From assembly GCA_011170325.1 (NCBI GenBank), contig DUEX01000002.1, positions 1,462 through 65,461 on the forward strand: DNA of 64,000 nucleotides. Direction: 5' to 3'. The stretch is from Dehalococcoidia bacterium. Its GTDB lineage: Bacteria > Chloroflexota > Dehalococcoidia > GIF9 > UBA5629. Position 1 is the stretch's first letter. Each line of letters opens with the position of its first letter. A program made the translations under genes and the position numbers. The notes beneath the pieces were generated by a model. That model searched no databases and was not told where the DNA came from. It saw only the letters and a program-made list of their open reading frames with translations. Shown one piece after another: positions 24,219 through 34,818 of the stretch.

Positions 24219-25230
24219 TGTGGCTATTGTTGGTGCCACCGGACTGGTCGGACAGGAGTTCATCAAGGTACTAGAGCAGCGAACTTTCCCCATGGCTTCG
24301 GTCCATCTCTACGCCTCCGACCGTTCAGCAGGTAAGAAGCTCTTTGTCGGTCACCAAGAGATTACGGTTAAGGAAACTAGCCCTGAGTCTTTTCAGCATA
24401 TTGATATTGCTCTTTTTTCAGCCGGTGCTGAGATTAGTCACTATTTTTCACCTATCGCCGCTAGGTCTGGGACCCTGGTCATCGACAACAGCGCTGCTTT
24501 TAGAATGGAATCGAAGGTTCCTTTAGTTGTTCCTGAGGTAAATCCTGAAGACATAAAGTGGCATGAAGGAATCATTGCTAATCCAAATTGTTCTACCATT
24601 CAAGCGGTAGTGGCTCTTTATCCACTGCACAAGGTTAACCCGATGAAACGGATTATCATCTCCACCTATCAGGCGGTGTCCGGCACCGGTTCAGCAGCTA
24701 TGGAAGAATTAACCACCCAAGCCAAGCTAGTTTTGGAAGGACAAAATGTCATTCCTCATGTCTATCCTCACCAAATTGCTTTCAATTTGCTACCAGAAAT
24801 AGATGTTTTCTTGGATAACGGCTATACCAAGGAAGAATGGAAGATGGTTGAGGAAACCCGCAAGATAATGCACGCTGAAGATATAGCTATCTCAGCAACC
24901 TGTGTTAGAGTGCCTGTTTTTATCGGGCATAGTGAGGCAATCCACATTGAATTTACCCACCCTATGACTCCTGAAGAAGCCAGGGGCATATTGGCTCATG
25001 CTCCCGGTGTCAAAGTGCTCGATGACCCTAATGTCAGCCTTTACCCCCAACCTTGGTTAGCTGCTGGCTCAGACGATGTTTTTGTGGGACGTATCCGAGC
25101 CGATGCCTCTCACCCCAATGGCCTAGCAATGTGGGTGGTAGCTGATAACTTGCGTAAGGGTGCTGCCCTTAATGCTGTACAGATTGCTGAAGAAGCGGCG
25201 CAACGGGACTGGGTTAAAACTCAGAGCTAG
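24205..25230 (+). CDS. asd: Aspartate-semialdehyde dehydrogenase.
   Basis: 341 aa. VAIVGATGLVGQEF NAD(P) motif. Active-site NPNCSTIQ. 14-nt overlap with dapB. Confidence 0.9.
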   Translation: MKAYNVAIVGATGLVGQEFIKVLEQRTFPMASVHLYASDRSAGKKLFVGHQEITVKETSPESFQHIDIALFSAGAEISHYFSPIAARSGTLVIDNSAAFRMESKVPLVVPEVNPEDIKWHEGIIANPNCSTIQAVVALYPLHKVNPMKRIIISTYQAVSGTGSAAMEELTTQAKLVLEGQNVIPHVYPHQIAFNLLPEIDVFLDNGYTKEEWKMVEETRKIMHAEDIAISATCVRVPVFIGHSEAIHIEFTHPMTPEEARGILAHAPGVKVLDDPNVSLYPQPWLAAGSDDVFVGRIRADASHPNGLAMWVVADNLRKGAALNAVQIAEEAAQRDWVKTQS

Positions 25231-25253
25231 TTCACTTTGTAGGAAGGCAGGCG

Positions 25254-26156
25254 ATGAAAAAGTTTGGTCATCTACTAACAGCAATGGTCACCCCCTTTAA
25301 TACCGATGGAAAAGTTGATTACTTGCAAGCCAAAAAACTAGCTAAAGCTCTGCTTGACTCAGGCAGTGACGGGCTCGTGGTCTCGGGTACCACCGGGGAG
25401 TGCCCGACTCTTAGTCAAGAGGAAAAGTTGCAGCTCTTTGCCGAGGTTAAGTCAGCAGTCGGCAATCAGGGCACAGTTATAGCTGGCACTGGTAGCTACA
25501 ATACGCAAGAAGGCCTAGAGCTTACCAAGGAGGCTGAAAAGACTGGCGTTGATGGCTGTCTCTTAGTAGTCCCTTACTATAACCGACCTACTCAAGAGGG
25601 TCTATTCCAACACTTTATGACAATCGCCCAAGCTAGCAGCTTGCCGTGCATTCTTTACAATGTGCCATCACGCACTGTTGCCAACCTCGCTGCTGAAACC
25701 ACTATCAGACTTAGTCAAATTGACAATATCGTTGGAGTAAAAGAGGCTAGCGCTAATCTTGACCAAATCGCCAAGATTATAGAGGGAGCCAGAGAGGGCT
25801 TCCTTGTTTACAGTGGTAATGATAGTGATACCTTGCCCATATTGGCTTTAGGTGGGCACGGCGTTATCAGCGTTGCTTCCCATCTAGTTGGCCTTCAGAT
25901 CAAGCAAATGATGGAGGACTTTCTTAGTGGCAAAACTAAAGAGGCTGCAGCTCTCCACCACACCTTATTGCCTTTAATGAATGCTCTTTTCGTCGTTTCC
26001 AACCCGATCCCGATTAAACACGCCCTAAATTGTTTGGGGTTCCCTGTAGGCAAGCCTCGCCTACCGCTTACTGAGCTCGATGACAAATTCAAGGCTCTTA
26101 TCGAGCAGACTTTAAAGAACTACAAGATTGATTTGCCAATAGCTGCCAGAGCCTAA
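25254..26156 (+). CDS. dapA: 4-hydroxy-tetrahydrodipicolinate synthase.
   Basis: 300 aa. VSGTTGECPTLS motif and TIM-barrel Schiff-base Lys region (GVKEAS). Confidence 0.9.
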   Translation: MKKFGHLLTAMVTPFNTDGKVDYLQAKKLAKALLDSGSDGLVVSGTTGECPTLSQEEKLQLFAEVKSAVGNQGTVIAGTGSYNTQEGLELTKEAEKTGVDGCLLVVPYYNRPTQEGLFQHFMTIAQASSLPCILYNVPSRTVANLAAETTIRLSQIDNIVGVKEASANLDQIAKIIEGAREGFLVYSGNDSDTLPILALGGHGVISVASHLVGLQIKQMMEDFLSGKTKEAAALHHTLLPLMNALFVVSNPIPIKHALNCLGFPVGKPRLPLTELDDKFKALIEQTLKNYKIDLPIAARA

Positions 26157-26430
26157 GTCTGGGTTCATCTCAGTTTCTGCAAAGTCTTTTACCCGAGGTA
26201 GCTTTTTAACTTTACACAAATCTATTTCTTTCAATGCTTTTGAGCAGCCTCTTTAAATGAGGCCGTCACTAGACTCCCATTCTTCTTCAAATTGCTCCAC
26301 ATGCTGCTTAATTTGTTACTCTGCTATCATTATTCTATTCGTCTCATTCGATTATTACCTTGGCACGTTATCTAACACCATATATAGACGAAGTTAGGTG
26401 GTCACCTAATCCGGAAATGCTGGCGGAAGG

Positions 26431-27714
26431 CTATACAACCTGCCTGACCATTATCGTCTGCTCCCGTTTAGCGCCAACGGAGATAATGTTAACAGGGCAG
26501 GAGAGAAGCTCTTCAAGTCGAGCTATGTATTGATGAGCTTGAGAGGGTAGCTGCTTGGAATCGTGGATGTTATTTGTTGATGTCTGCCAACCAGGTAGTT
26601 CCTCGTAAACTGGCTGGCATCTATGTAAGATAGCTACATTGCTTGGGAACTGGTCCAAGGTTTCCCCATCCAATTTATAGCCAGTACATATCTTAATCGA
26701 AGGCAAAGTATCCAGAATATCGAGGCGGGTTAGGGCTATACTGTTGAAGCCATTTATCTGAATGCTGAAGCGACCGGCCACGGCATCAAACCAGCCACAG
26801 CGCCGTGGCCTGCCTGTAGTCGCACCGTATTCATGAGCCCGCTCCCGAATTAATTCACCGATTTCGTCCTTGAGCTCAGTGGGCATAGGCCCACCGCCCA
26901 CCCGTGTGGTATAGGCCTTGAAAACACCGATAATATGGGCAATTTGCCTAAAGCTTACTCCAGAACCTATAGAACCGCCAGCAGCCAGAGGTGAAGATGA
27001 TGTTACATAAGGATAGGTGCCGAAGTCAGGGTCAAGCATCGTGCCCTGAGCACCTTCTAGCAAGACCGTCTCCCTTCGGGACATTATCTCCTGAAGTATA
27101 GAGCCAGTATCTCGGATAAATGGGGCTAGACTCTCCCCATAATGGCAGTATTGCTGGTAGATTTCTTTTAGTGATAACGGTGGGGCATCGTATACTTTAG
27201 TTAGAATGGCATTCTTGAATTCAAGGACTGAGCTAAGTCGGGACTGAAACGCTTCCTTATCCAGTAAGTCACAGGTACGGATTCCAAGGCGAGCTATTTT
27301 GTCAGCAAAGACAGGGCCAATCCCCTTACGCGTTGTCCCTAAAGCTCCTCTACCTCGCCTTTCCTCCTCTAGACCATCCAGAAGAATATGGTAGGGCATT
27401 ATTATATGAGCCCGGTCACTAATGAAGAGATGGCTGGTATCAACACCATGTTTCTTAAGGTCGTCAATTTCTCCAAGGAGCACTGCGGGGTTAATTGCTA
27501 CACCGTTACCGATTATGCAGACTACCCCCGGGTGAAAAATACCTGAGGGGACAAGATGAAGCCTGAACTCTCCATAAGGATTGATTACTGTGTGTCCGGC
27601 ATTATCGCCCCCCGAAAAGCGCACTACCGCCTTTGCCCTCTCAGCCAAAAGGTCAACTATCTTCCCTTTGCCCTCGTCTCCCCACTGAGCGCCAATAACG
27701 GCTACAACCGACAT
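26431..27714 (-). CDS. purA: Adenylosuccinate synthetase.
   Basis: 427 aa. P-loop GAQWGDEGKGK. GDNAGHTV. TTRKGIGP. Confidence 0.95.
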   Translation of the reverse strand: MSVVAVIGAQWGDEGKGKIVDLLAERAKAVVRFSGGDNAGHTVINPYGEFRLHLVPSGIFHPGVVCIIGNGVAINPAVLLGEIDDLKKHGVDTSHLFISDRAHIIMPYHILLDGLEEERRGRGALGTTRKGIGPVFADKIARLGIRTCDLLDKEAFQSRLSSVLEFKNAILTKVYDAPPLSLKEIYQQYCHYGESLAPFIRDTGSILQEIMSRRETVLLEGAQGTMLDPDFGTYPYVTSSSPLAAGGSIGSGVSFRQIAHIIGVFKAYTTRVGGGPMPTELKDEIGELIRERAHEYGATTGRPRRCGWFDAVAGRFSIQINGFNSIALTRLDILDTLPSIKICTGYKLDGETLDQFPSNVAILHRCQPVYEELPGWQTSTNNIHDSKQLPSQAHQYIARLEELLSCPVNIISVGAKREQTIMVRQVV

Positions 27715-27990
27715 TATCCCCCTATATAAACTTGATACAGAGTTGAAGCAGCAAACTCATACATGTATAAAACCTCGAACCTACCCTCGGGACACATAAT
27801 CCTTGCTCCAGTAGTAGAGCAAAGCCCCACCACCAACCCATACAACCAAGCCGATGATTATTATTGCAGCGATACCTATCACGAAAAATACTTCCGAACA
27901 CCATCCCGGGGTACAGCAAGAATACTAAAGCACCGTCAGGCCCCATTCAAAGGTCTTGTCACTCATACTTTTTCACCTTTAATTTATTTT

Positions 27991-28575
27991 TTAGTTTCTC
28001 GCCTGCTGCCACACATAAACTAATCGTTGCCCTACGGTAACAAAAGTAAGCACCACCAGAACTAGCAAAGCTATAAGAATTTGGTTCAAGAGCAATCCCA
28101 ACGCCAGTATTATAACCCTCTCAGCCCTAGCAAACAAACCAACGTGGCACTTTATTCCCAACCCTTCAGCCCTAGCTCTCACATAGCTGGTGAGGAAGGA
28201 GCCGACAAAAGCTAAGAAAATAAGTAAAATTTCAACAGTGCTCCCACTCCTTATACATAAGACTAAAAGACCCAAAAGCAGCACTGCTTCAGAAAGCCGG
28301 TCAGCAGTGGAATCCAGCAAAGCACCAAAACGAGTAGTTTGCTGAGTAAAGCGAGCTAGGGCCCCATCGAGAAGGTCGAATAACCCTGAAAAGAGGACTA
28401 AAAATCCACCAATGAGAAGGTGATTAGTAGCAATAGTCCCTGCGGCAACTATATTTATCGCCAGACCAAGCCAGGTCAAAGTATTCGGCTTTAACCGGCT
28501 TTTACTCAAAATTGGCACTAGTGGCTGAGTAATCCGGCGAGCAGCACTTTCCCGAAGTTCGGCTAAGTTTATCAC
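27991..28575 (-). CDS. CDP-alcohol phosphatidyltransferase-family membrane protein (candidate phosphatidylinositol-phosphate synthase-type).
   Basis: 194 aa. Signature D(x2)DG(x2)AR(x8)G(x3)D(x3)D read as DLLDGALARFTQQTTRFGALLDSTADR. Multiple TM helices. Confidence 0.8.
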   Translation of the reverse strand: MINLAELRESAARRITQPLVPILSKSRLKPNTLTWLGLAINIVAAGTIATNHLLIGGFLVLFSGLFDLLDGALARFTQQTTRFGALLDSTADRLSEAVLLLGLLVLCIRSGSTVEILLIFLAFVGSFLTSYVRARAEGLGIKCHVGLFARAERVIILALGLLLNQILIALLVLVVLTFVTVGQRLVYVWQQARN

Positions 28576-28593
28576 AGACTGCTTTCTGGATAG

Positions 28594-29706
28594 CTAGCTA
28601 AGTAAACTAGTATAGTAATCCATTACTTGCTGGGCAACATTCGCCCAACTATACTTCTCAGCTTTAATTCTCCCCTTGGCTCCCATCCAGTGACGTAAAG
28701 ATTCATCATTAAGAAGAGATAGCAAGGCGCGAGCTAACGCTTCTTCATCCCGAGGTGGCACAAGCAGCCCCTCCTCACCATGAGTTAGCAGGCTGGCGTA
28801 ACCTTCAATATCAGTGGCAACTACTGGCTTGCCACTTGCCATAGCCTCCAGCAAAACTATGCCAAAGCTTTCGCCTCCAGTAGCTGGGGCGCAAAAAATA
28901 TCAGCGCTTCGATAATATGTAGGCATCTCAGTATTGGAGACAAAGCCAGTCGAAATTACATCAACTAGTTTCACATCCTCAATAAGCTTTTCATACTTGG
29001 GGCGCAATCTAGTCCCTGGACCGACTACAATGAGCCGAAGATTGGAAAACTGCGTCTTAACCTTAGCACAAGCACGAAGTAAATAGTCCAGCCCTTTACG
29101 CTTCTCTAAGCGACCGACGAAGAGCATATTTAATTTGTTGTCAGCGAATTCTTCCCGCTGAGGGCCGTCTGGGAAAAAGCGTTCGGTGTCAATCCCGTTA
29201 GGGATGATACGATAGTCACCTGGAAGATGTCGACTGACGAAGTCCAGCGCCGGCTTAGAAACAGCGATTTTACCATGCAACCTGGGAAGCCACTTTTTGA
29301 GGATGGGCTTGCCTATCCAATAACCTCTAGGCTTACTATGACAAGCATGGAAGGTGCCCACATTTATAGACTTCGATCTGAGGAGAGCGCTCAAGGAAAG
29401 CATGGGCGTGAAAGGTTCATGAAGATGAAGAATATCGAATTCTTCTTTATCCAAAATTTTTCCTACTTGAGTGGGTAACCAGGGGGACAAAGGGACTCGG
29501 GCCACAGAGCCACTAGCTGGAATAGGGAAGGGCCTGCCCACAGCAGTAACTTCCTCTTCAAAGTATTGCGTCCCCTTTCTTAGGCACGGAGCTATGATTT
29601 TAACCTCATGCCCCCATTGAATAAAATAATGAGCCAAGTAAGAAATATGATTGACAACCCCACCTGGAAAGGAATAATCATACGGGGAGACTAACCCAAT
29701 CTTCAC
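28594..29706 (-). CDS. GT4-family glycosyltransferase (PimA/MshA-like).
   Basis: 370 aa. C-terminal GT4 motif ESFGIVLLEAMASGKPVVATD. N-terminal GGV nucleotide-sugar acceptor domain. Confidence 0.85.
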   Translation of the reverse strand: MKIGLVSPYDYSFPGGVVNHISYLAHYFIQWGHEVKIIAPCLRKGTQYFEEEVTAVGRPFPIPASGSVARVPLSPWLPTQVGKILDKEEFDILHLHEPFTPMLSLSALLRSKSINVGTFHACHSKPRGYWIGKPILKKWLPRLHGKIAVSKPALDFVSRHLPGDYRIIPNGIDTERFFPDGPQREEFADNKLNMLFVGRLEKRKGLDYLLRACAKVKTQFSNLRLIVVGPGTRLRPKYEKLIEDVKLVDVISTGFVSNTEMPTYYRSADIFCAPATGGESFGIVLLEAMASGKPVVATDIEGYASLLTHGEEGLLVPPRDEEALARALLSLLNDESLRHWMGAKGRIKAEKYSWANVAQQVMDYYTSLLS

Positions 29707-29735
29707 TGTGTCACTGCCTTAGTTTGGCAGATCTG

Positions 29736-30881
29736 TCAGCTCTGTTCTACCAAACTTTCCACTGCTATCCCACTAGTTACCTCGGGCAAAGAAATCGGGC
29801 TTTGTTGTTCTTGCCCAGTGATAAATTCCTCCACCCGCCTTCGGGCCTCGTCATCAGAATACTGAATAGGCGGGGATTTCATGAAGTAAGCACAAGGAGC
29901 TACGATAGCTCCAGCCAATCCCCTATCTAAAGCTAACTTGCAGCACCTTATGGCATCAATAACTACCCCAGCTGAGTTGGGGCTATCCCACACCTCCATT
30001 TTTAGCTCCAGATTTAAGGGAACATCGCCGAAGGTACGTCCTTCCATTCTTATATAGCAGAATTTACGGTCATCAAGCCAAGGCACATAGTCGCTGGGAC
30101 CAACATAAATATTGCCAGGCTCAAGTTCATAATCTAGTTGAGAGGTGACCGCACTGGTTTTGGAAATTTTCTTTGATTCTAGACGTTCCCGCTCCAACAT
30201 GTTATAGAAATCGGTGTTACCACCAAAGTTAAGTTGGTAAGTTCTTTCTAATTTAACTCCTCGGTCACGAAAAAGCCTGGTTAATACACGATGAGTAATG
30301 GTAGCTCCAACTTGAGATTTGATGTCGTCACCGATAACCGGCAATCCCACCTCGGCAAAACGATTATGCCAGTAGGGCTCGCGAGCAATAAAAACTGGCA
30401 AACAATTGACCAAGCCGCAGCCGGCAGCCAATACCTGCTCTACATACCACTTGGTTGCCTCCTCGCTCCCCACAGGCAAGTAATTAATCACCACGTCCGT
30501 TTTTGTCCCCTTAAGAATACCAACAATATCAGCCGTAGGGCCCGGTGCCTTGGTAATAATTTGTGACAAATACTTTCCCAACCCATCATGAGTCATCCCT
30601 CGGGCTACTTTAACACCAGTACTGGGTACCTCACAGAACTTGAAAGTATTGTTAGGCGGAGCAAAAATAGCTTCAGCTATGTCCTTACCCACTTTGTTTT
30701 TGTCAATGTCAAAGGCGGCAACAAAGTTGATATCACTTATACGATAGCCCCCCAGATTAACATGCATTAGTCCAGGCACAGATTCGCCTTCTTCCTTTGC
30801 CTTTCTATAATAATGGACGCCTTGAACAAGCGAAGAGGCACAGTTACCAACGCCAATGATAGCTACGTTTATTTTACCCAT
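29736..30881 (-). CDS. ino1: myo-inositol-1-phosphate synthase (archaeal/bacterial short type).
   Basis: 381 aa. N-terminal NAD-binding [18 protein letters not shown] and conserved core ([11 protein letters not shown], SYxxL-type segments) typical of MIPS. Confidence 0.8.
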   Translation of the reverse strand: MGKINVAIIGVGNCASSLVQGVHYYRKAKEEGESVPGLMHVNLGGYRISDINFVAAFDIDKNKVGKDIAEAIFAPPNNTFKFCEVPSTGVKVARGMTHDGLGKYLSQIITKAPGPTADIVGILKGTKTDVVINYLPVGSEEATKWYVEQVLAAGCGLVNCLPVFIAREPYWHNRFAEVGLPVIGDDIKSQVGATITHRVLTRLFRDRGVKLERTYQLNFGGNTDFYNMLERERLESKKISKTSAVTSQLDYELEPGNIYVGPSDYVPWLDDRKFCYIRMEGRTFGDVPLNLELKMEVWDSPNSAGVVIDAIRCCKLALDRGLAGAIVAPCAYFMKSPPIQYSDDEARRRVEEFITGQEQQSPISLPEVTSGIAVESLVEQS

Positions 30882-30939
30882 GATTCTTCATCCTCCTCAT
30901 TTCACTTTATTGCACAGCTGATCCTGATAAATCCACATT

Positions 30940-31857
30940 CTAATCCTTAGGTCTGGGACAGATCATCCTAGGCGACCTGACTAACAACACAGGTATCTTA
31001 GTCCCATGCAGCACCTTATCGGCTACACTACCTAAAACCCATCGGGCAATGCCACCTCGGCCATGAGTTGACATAGCTATTAAACTAACCCTCTTATCCT
31101 CAGCATATTCAACTATTTTATCAGCAGGGTCACCAGTGACTACCTCATATGTAGTCTTAATTCCTTTCTCGCCCAGTCTTTCAGCAACACCGCTAAGATA
31201 ATTTTCGCCGGCATCATGCATAGCCCTAACCGCATCTTCTGTAGCAGAGACAAGCATAGTAGTAGCTCCTATTGTCCCGGGTGGTTGAATGACCTGGAGC
31301 AAGATAACTGAAGCCCCCGTTTCTATTGATAATTTGTCAGCATGAGATAAAGCTGCCTCACCAATGTCAGAGCCGTCTAAAGGAGCAAGAATCTTTAGGA
31401 AGGGTAAACTCCTCACAGCCTCGGTTTCCTCGAGAAGTTTACTTCGGACAAGTAGCACTGGGGGGCGAGCTTCACTTATTACCTTCTGAGCTATGCTTCC
31501 CATCCACCAGCGGGTAATACCACCTCGACCATGAGTAGCCATAATAATCAAATCAATGCTATTTCGCTCAGTGTAATCAAGGATTTCATCCGCGGCGCTA
31601 CCGTAAAGAAATACTGGTTTAGCTTCGATACTATCGCTGTGTAGACCGACTGCTACCTTATCAACATACTCTTTAAGAAGGCGATTTACCCGGCGCCGCT
31701 TGCCTCCGATGCCTACGCCTAGAATATCAACTTGGGAGCCAAATCTTGGAGCTAGGTCTCTAAGATAAGGAAATACACTTTCAGCCTCCCCAGAACCATC
31801 TAAAGGAACTAAAATTCTGCGAAACAGTCTCTCCATCTTCTTGCCTCCTGCTATCAA
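30940..31857 (-). CDS. Tandem universal stress protein (two UspA domains).
   Basis: 305 aa. Two repeats each ending in ATHGRGGI(T/A)RW and GS(I/V)A(Q/D)KV motifs. Confidence 0.8.
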   Translation of the reverse strand: MIAGGKKMERLFRRILVPLDGSGEAESVFPYLRDLAPRFGSQVDILGVGIGGKRRRVNRLLKEYVDKVAVGLHSDSIEAKPVFLYGSAADEILDYTERNSIDLIIMATHGRGGITRWWMGSIAQKVISEARPPVLLVRSKLLEETEAVRSLPFLKILAPLDGSDIGEAALSHADKLSIETGASVILLQVIQPPGTIGATTMLVSATEDAVRAMHDAGENYLSGVAERLGEKGIKTTYEVVTGDPADKIVEYAEDKRVSLIAMSTHGRGGIARWVLGSVADKVLHGTKIPVLLVRSPRMICPRPKD

Positions 31858-31901
31858 GGCTGCTCTTGTTTAAAATAAAGCTTTTGTGATACTTTTAAAG
31901 G

Positions 31902-32579
31902 GTGCTTTATGATTTCCACACCCATACTTTTCATAGCGATGGTGTTTTATCACCAATTGAGTTAATATATCGTGCTTTTGTCAATGGCTATTCTACTATT
32001 GCCATTACTGATCATATAGCCCTTGGCTCCCTTGGTAGAGTGATTAAAGAAGTAAGTGAGGATTGTGCTCTAGCCAGAGCTTACTGGAACGTTCTAGCCA
32101 TCCCCGGTGTGGAACTTACTCACCTCCCCCCTCAGGCTATCTCTGAGGTAGCTCAAAAGGCTAAAGAATTGGGGGCTTGGCTAGTAATAGTTCACGGTGA
32201 AACACCTACAGAACCTGTAGAAAAAGGCACTAACCTTGCTGCTGCCCAATCTCCCTACGTTGATATCTTGGCTCACCCAGGGCTAATAACACCCAAAGAA
32301 GCCACGCTGGCAGCCAGGAATAATATCTTTATTGAACTAACTGCCCGAAGGGGACATTCCACAGCCAATGCTCATATAGCTCTAGTTAGCCAAAAGGCAA
32401 AAGCTAAACTTCTGGTTAATTCTGATGCCCACGATGAGAATGACCTACTAACGCCAACTTTAACTGAAACTATCCTTGATCAAGCTGGAGTGGGCAACCA
32501 ACAATACCAGCAAATTCTAAACCGCAACCCCCTGCTTTTAATAGAGAAAATTAACAAGTCGTCTTTACACCCTGGCTAG
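31902..32579 (+). CDS. PHP-domain (histidinol-phosphatase-like) metal-dependent phosphoesterase.
   Basis: 225 aa. N-terminal YDFHTHT His cluster, ITDH and later His/Asp ligands (NSDAHD). GTG start. Confidence 0.7.
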   Translation: MLYDFHTHTFHSDGVLSPIELIYRAFVNGYSTIAITDHIALGSLGRVIKEVSEDCALARAYWNVLAIPGVELTHLPPQAISEVAQKAKELGAWLVIVHGETPTEPVEKGTNLAAAQSPYVDILAHPGLITPKEATLAARNNIFIELTARRGHSTANAHIALVSQKAKAKLLVNSDAHDENDLLTPTLTETILDQAGVGNQQYQQILNRNPLLLIEKINKSSLHPG

Positions 32580-32954
32580 AGCATACTTACTTAATTAGCC
32601 TTTGCCAATTCGGAACACCTTGGTTCCACAGGACGGACAAACTCCGCGCGTCGCTGGCCTACCATTCTTCAGGGTAACACTCTGTGGGTTTCTAATCTCC
32701 ACCTTCCTCCGGCATTTGAAACAATACGCCTGTGCCACTTAAATCACCTCCTTTCGTTAAGGCTAAATTATATCTATTATATACGGAATGTCAAGACCTT
32801 TGTGGCTCTTGTGACTCTAGAGCGATCCCAAATGGTTGTGATACATCCAATGTTAACCCCAAAAACAGAAGACCGGGACAGGCCATTCCTTCACCAACAA
32901 AGGTTGAAACCTGCAGAAGCTGAAAGCTATAATTGGCAAGCCGAGATAAAAAAC

Positions 32955-34787
32955 ATGAGCTCTCTCGATGATATCCTTTACCAAGTCTCTAAACCGGCTC
33001 GCTATACCGGGGGCGAGTGGAACAGCATTGCTAAAGATTGGAAAGCGACTCCAATTCGAATTGCCTTAGCTTTCCCCGACATTTATGAAATCGGCATGTC
33101 CAATCTAGCACTACCTATACTCTATGAAACGCTTAATAACCAGCCAGATGTCATTGCCGAAAGGGTCTATGCCCCCTGGGTGGATATGGAAACGCTCTTG
33201 CGATACCATAATATCCCCCTGTTTAGTTTAGAGACTAAGCACCCTCTGAGCGACTTTGACATTATCGGCTTTTCCTTGGGCTATGAACTTACCTACACCA
33301 ACATGTTAAATATGCTTGACCTAGCCCAAGTTCCACTGTTCAGCCATCAAAGGCAAGATTCACACCCTCTGATAATAGCTGGTGGTAGTTGCACTCTTAA
33401 CCCAGAGCCAGTAGCTGATTTTATCGATTTGTTTGTCATTGGCGAGGCTGAAGAGGCAATATTGAGACTTCTAGAAGTCTTTCGAGCTTACAAGGATAAT
33501 AAAAGGGAACTGCTACGGAAAGCTTCGTGTCTTCCTGGTATATATGTCCCGAGCTTATATCAAGTCGACTACCACAAAGATGGCACTTTTGCTGGTATTA
33601 CTCCAAAAGCGCCAGAAGCCAAGTTGACAGTTGAGCGACAAATAGTAACTAAACTGCCGCAACCGACCACCAAGCCAGTTGTTCCTTACATCGAAGTAAT
33701 CCACGACCGCGGAGCTATTGAAATCCAGCGAGGTTGTAGCCGGGGATGCCGCTTTTGCCAGGCTGGAATGATTTATCGCCCGGTTCGCGAGCTCCCCCAA
33801 CAGGAAGTAACCAACGCCGTAGCTGCACTTATAAAGAACTGTGGTTACAATGAAGTATCACTGGTTTCCCTCAGCACTGGAGACTACCAGAACATCAGCG
33901 GATTAATCGGTCGATTGTCGCACAAATATTACCAAGATAACCTAACCTTGTCCCTACCTAGCCTTCGCCTCGATACATCATCAATAAAGTTAATAGAGTC
34001 ATTACTCCCCCGACGCAAAACCACTCTCACCTTTGCTCCGGAAGCTGGGAGTGAGAGACTAAGGCAAGCCATCAACAAAAGCATCCCCGAGGAGGTAATA
34101 CTCGACACCTTTGCCGCCGCTTTCGACAAGGGCTGGATGAATCTTAAACTCTATTTCATGATTGGTCTGCCCACTGAGACTACCGATGACATAAAGAGCA
34201 TCGTTGACTTGGTGAACAAAATCTGCCGACTAGGCAGAAAAATTAGAAATAAGCCACCTAGAGTTAGGGTTAGTGTAGCCACTTTTGTCCCCAAGCCACA
34301 CACTCCTTGCCAATGGTTAGCCCAAGACACGGAGTACCAGCTATACCCCAAACATGAACTACTCAAACAAGGTTTACACCGAGCTGGAGCTCGTCTCTCC
34401 TGGCAAGACCCAAAAACCAGCCAGCTTGAGGCAGCTCTGTCCCGAGGTGACCGACGCTTAGGAAAAGTTATCTCTAAAGCCTGGGAATCAGGCTGTAAAC
34501 TCGATGCCTGGAGTGAACATTTCGATTACCAAAAATGGCTTGACTCATTCGAAGAAAACGGGCTTGACCCAGCCTTCTATGCCAACCGAGACCGCCCTTT
34601 AGATGAATTACTACCTTGGCAGCATATTGACATCGGACTTACCACAGCTTTTCTCAAAAAGGAATACCAAAATATGTGGCAAGGCAAGGAAACTCCTGAT
34701 TGCCGCTATGGGCCATGTAACGCCTGTGGGCTCCAGCGCTGGCAGTTAGACTGCCAGCGAAAATTTGACGGAACCACCACAATGTAA
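32955..34787 (+). CDS. B12-binding-like / radical SAM protein of the TIGR03960-type family.
   Basis: Radical SAM CxxxCxxC read as CSRGCRFC. N-terminal IALAFPDIYEIGMSNLALPILYETLN resembles this widely conserved family. The ORF track starts at 32802, but the conserved N-terminus suggests the Met at 32955 (MSSLDDILYQ). Confidence 0.7.
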   Translation: MSSLDDILYQVSKPARYTGGEWNSIAKDWKATPIRIALAFPDIYEIGMSNLALPILYETLNNQPDVIAERVYAPWVDMETLLRYHNIPLFSLETKHPLSDFDIIGFSLGYELTYTNMLNMLDLAQVPLFSHQRQDSHPLIIAGGSCTLNPEPVADFIDLFVIGEAEEAILRLLEVFRAYKDNKRELLRKASCLPGIYVPSLYQVDYHKDGTFAGITPKAPEAKLTVERQIVTKLPQPTTKPVVPYIEVIHDRGAIEIQRGCSRGCRFCQAGMIYRPVRELPQQEVTNAVAALIKNCGYNEVSLVSLSTGDYQNISGLIGRLSHKYYQDNLTLSLPSLRLDTSSIKLIESLLPRRKTTLTFAPEAGSERLRQAINKSIPEEVILDTFAAAFDKGWMNLKLYFMIGLPTETTDDIKSIVDLVNKICRLGRKIRNKPPRVRVSVATFVPKPHTPCQWLAQDTEYQLYPKHELLKQGLHRAGARLSWQDPKTSQLEAALSRGDRRLGKVISKAWESGCKLDAWSEHFDYQKWLDSFEENGLDPAFYANRDRPLDELLPWQHIDIGLTTAFLKKEYQNMWQGKETPDCRYGPCNACGLQRWQLDCQRKFDGTTTM

Positions 34788-34818
34788 AATAATAACGGAA
34801 TGTCCTAGTTTAAGGTAG

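Noticed and set aside
32640-32710. Minus-strand GGAGGAAGGTGG... string resembling a 16S rRNA segment.
   Set aside because: The similarity is only ~12 nt. No flanking rRNA-like sequence. No rRNA operon context.
32802-32954. N-terminal 51-aa extension of the radical SAM ORF as given in the track.
   Set aside because: The extension is not family-like. The conserved N-terminus begins at the Met at 32955, which is the preferred start.
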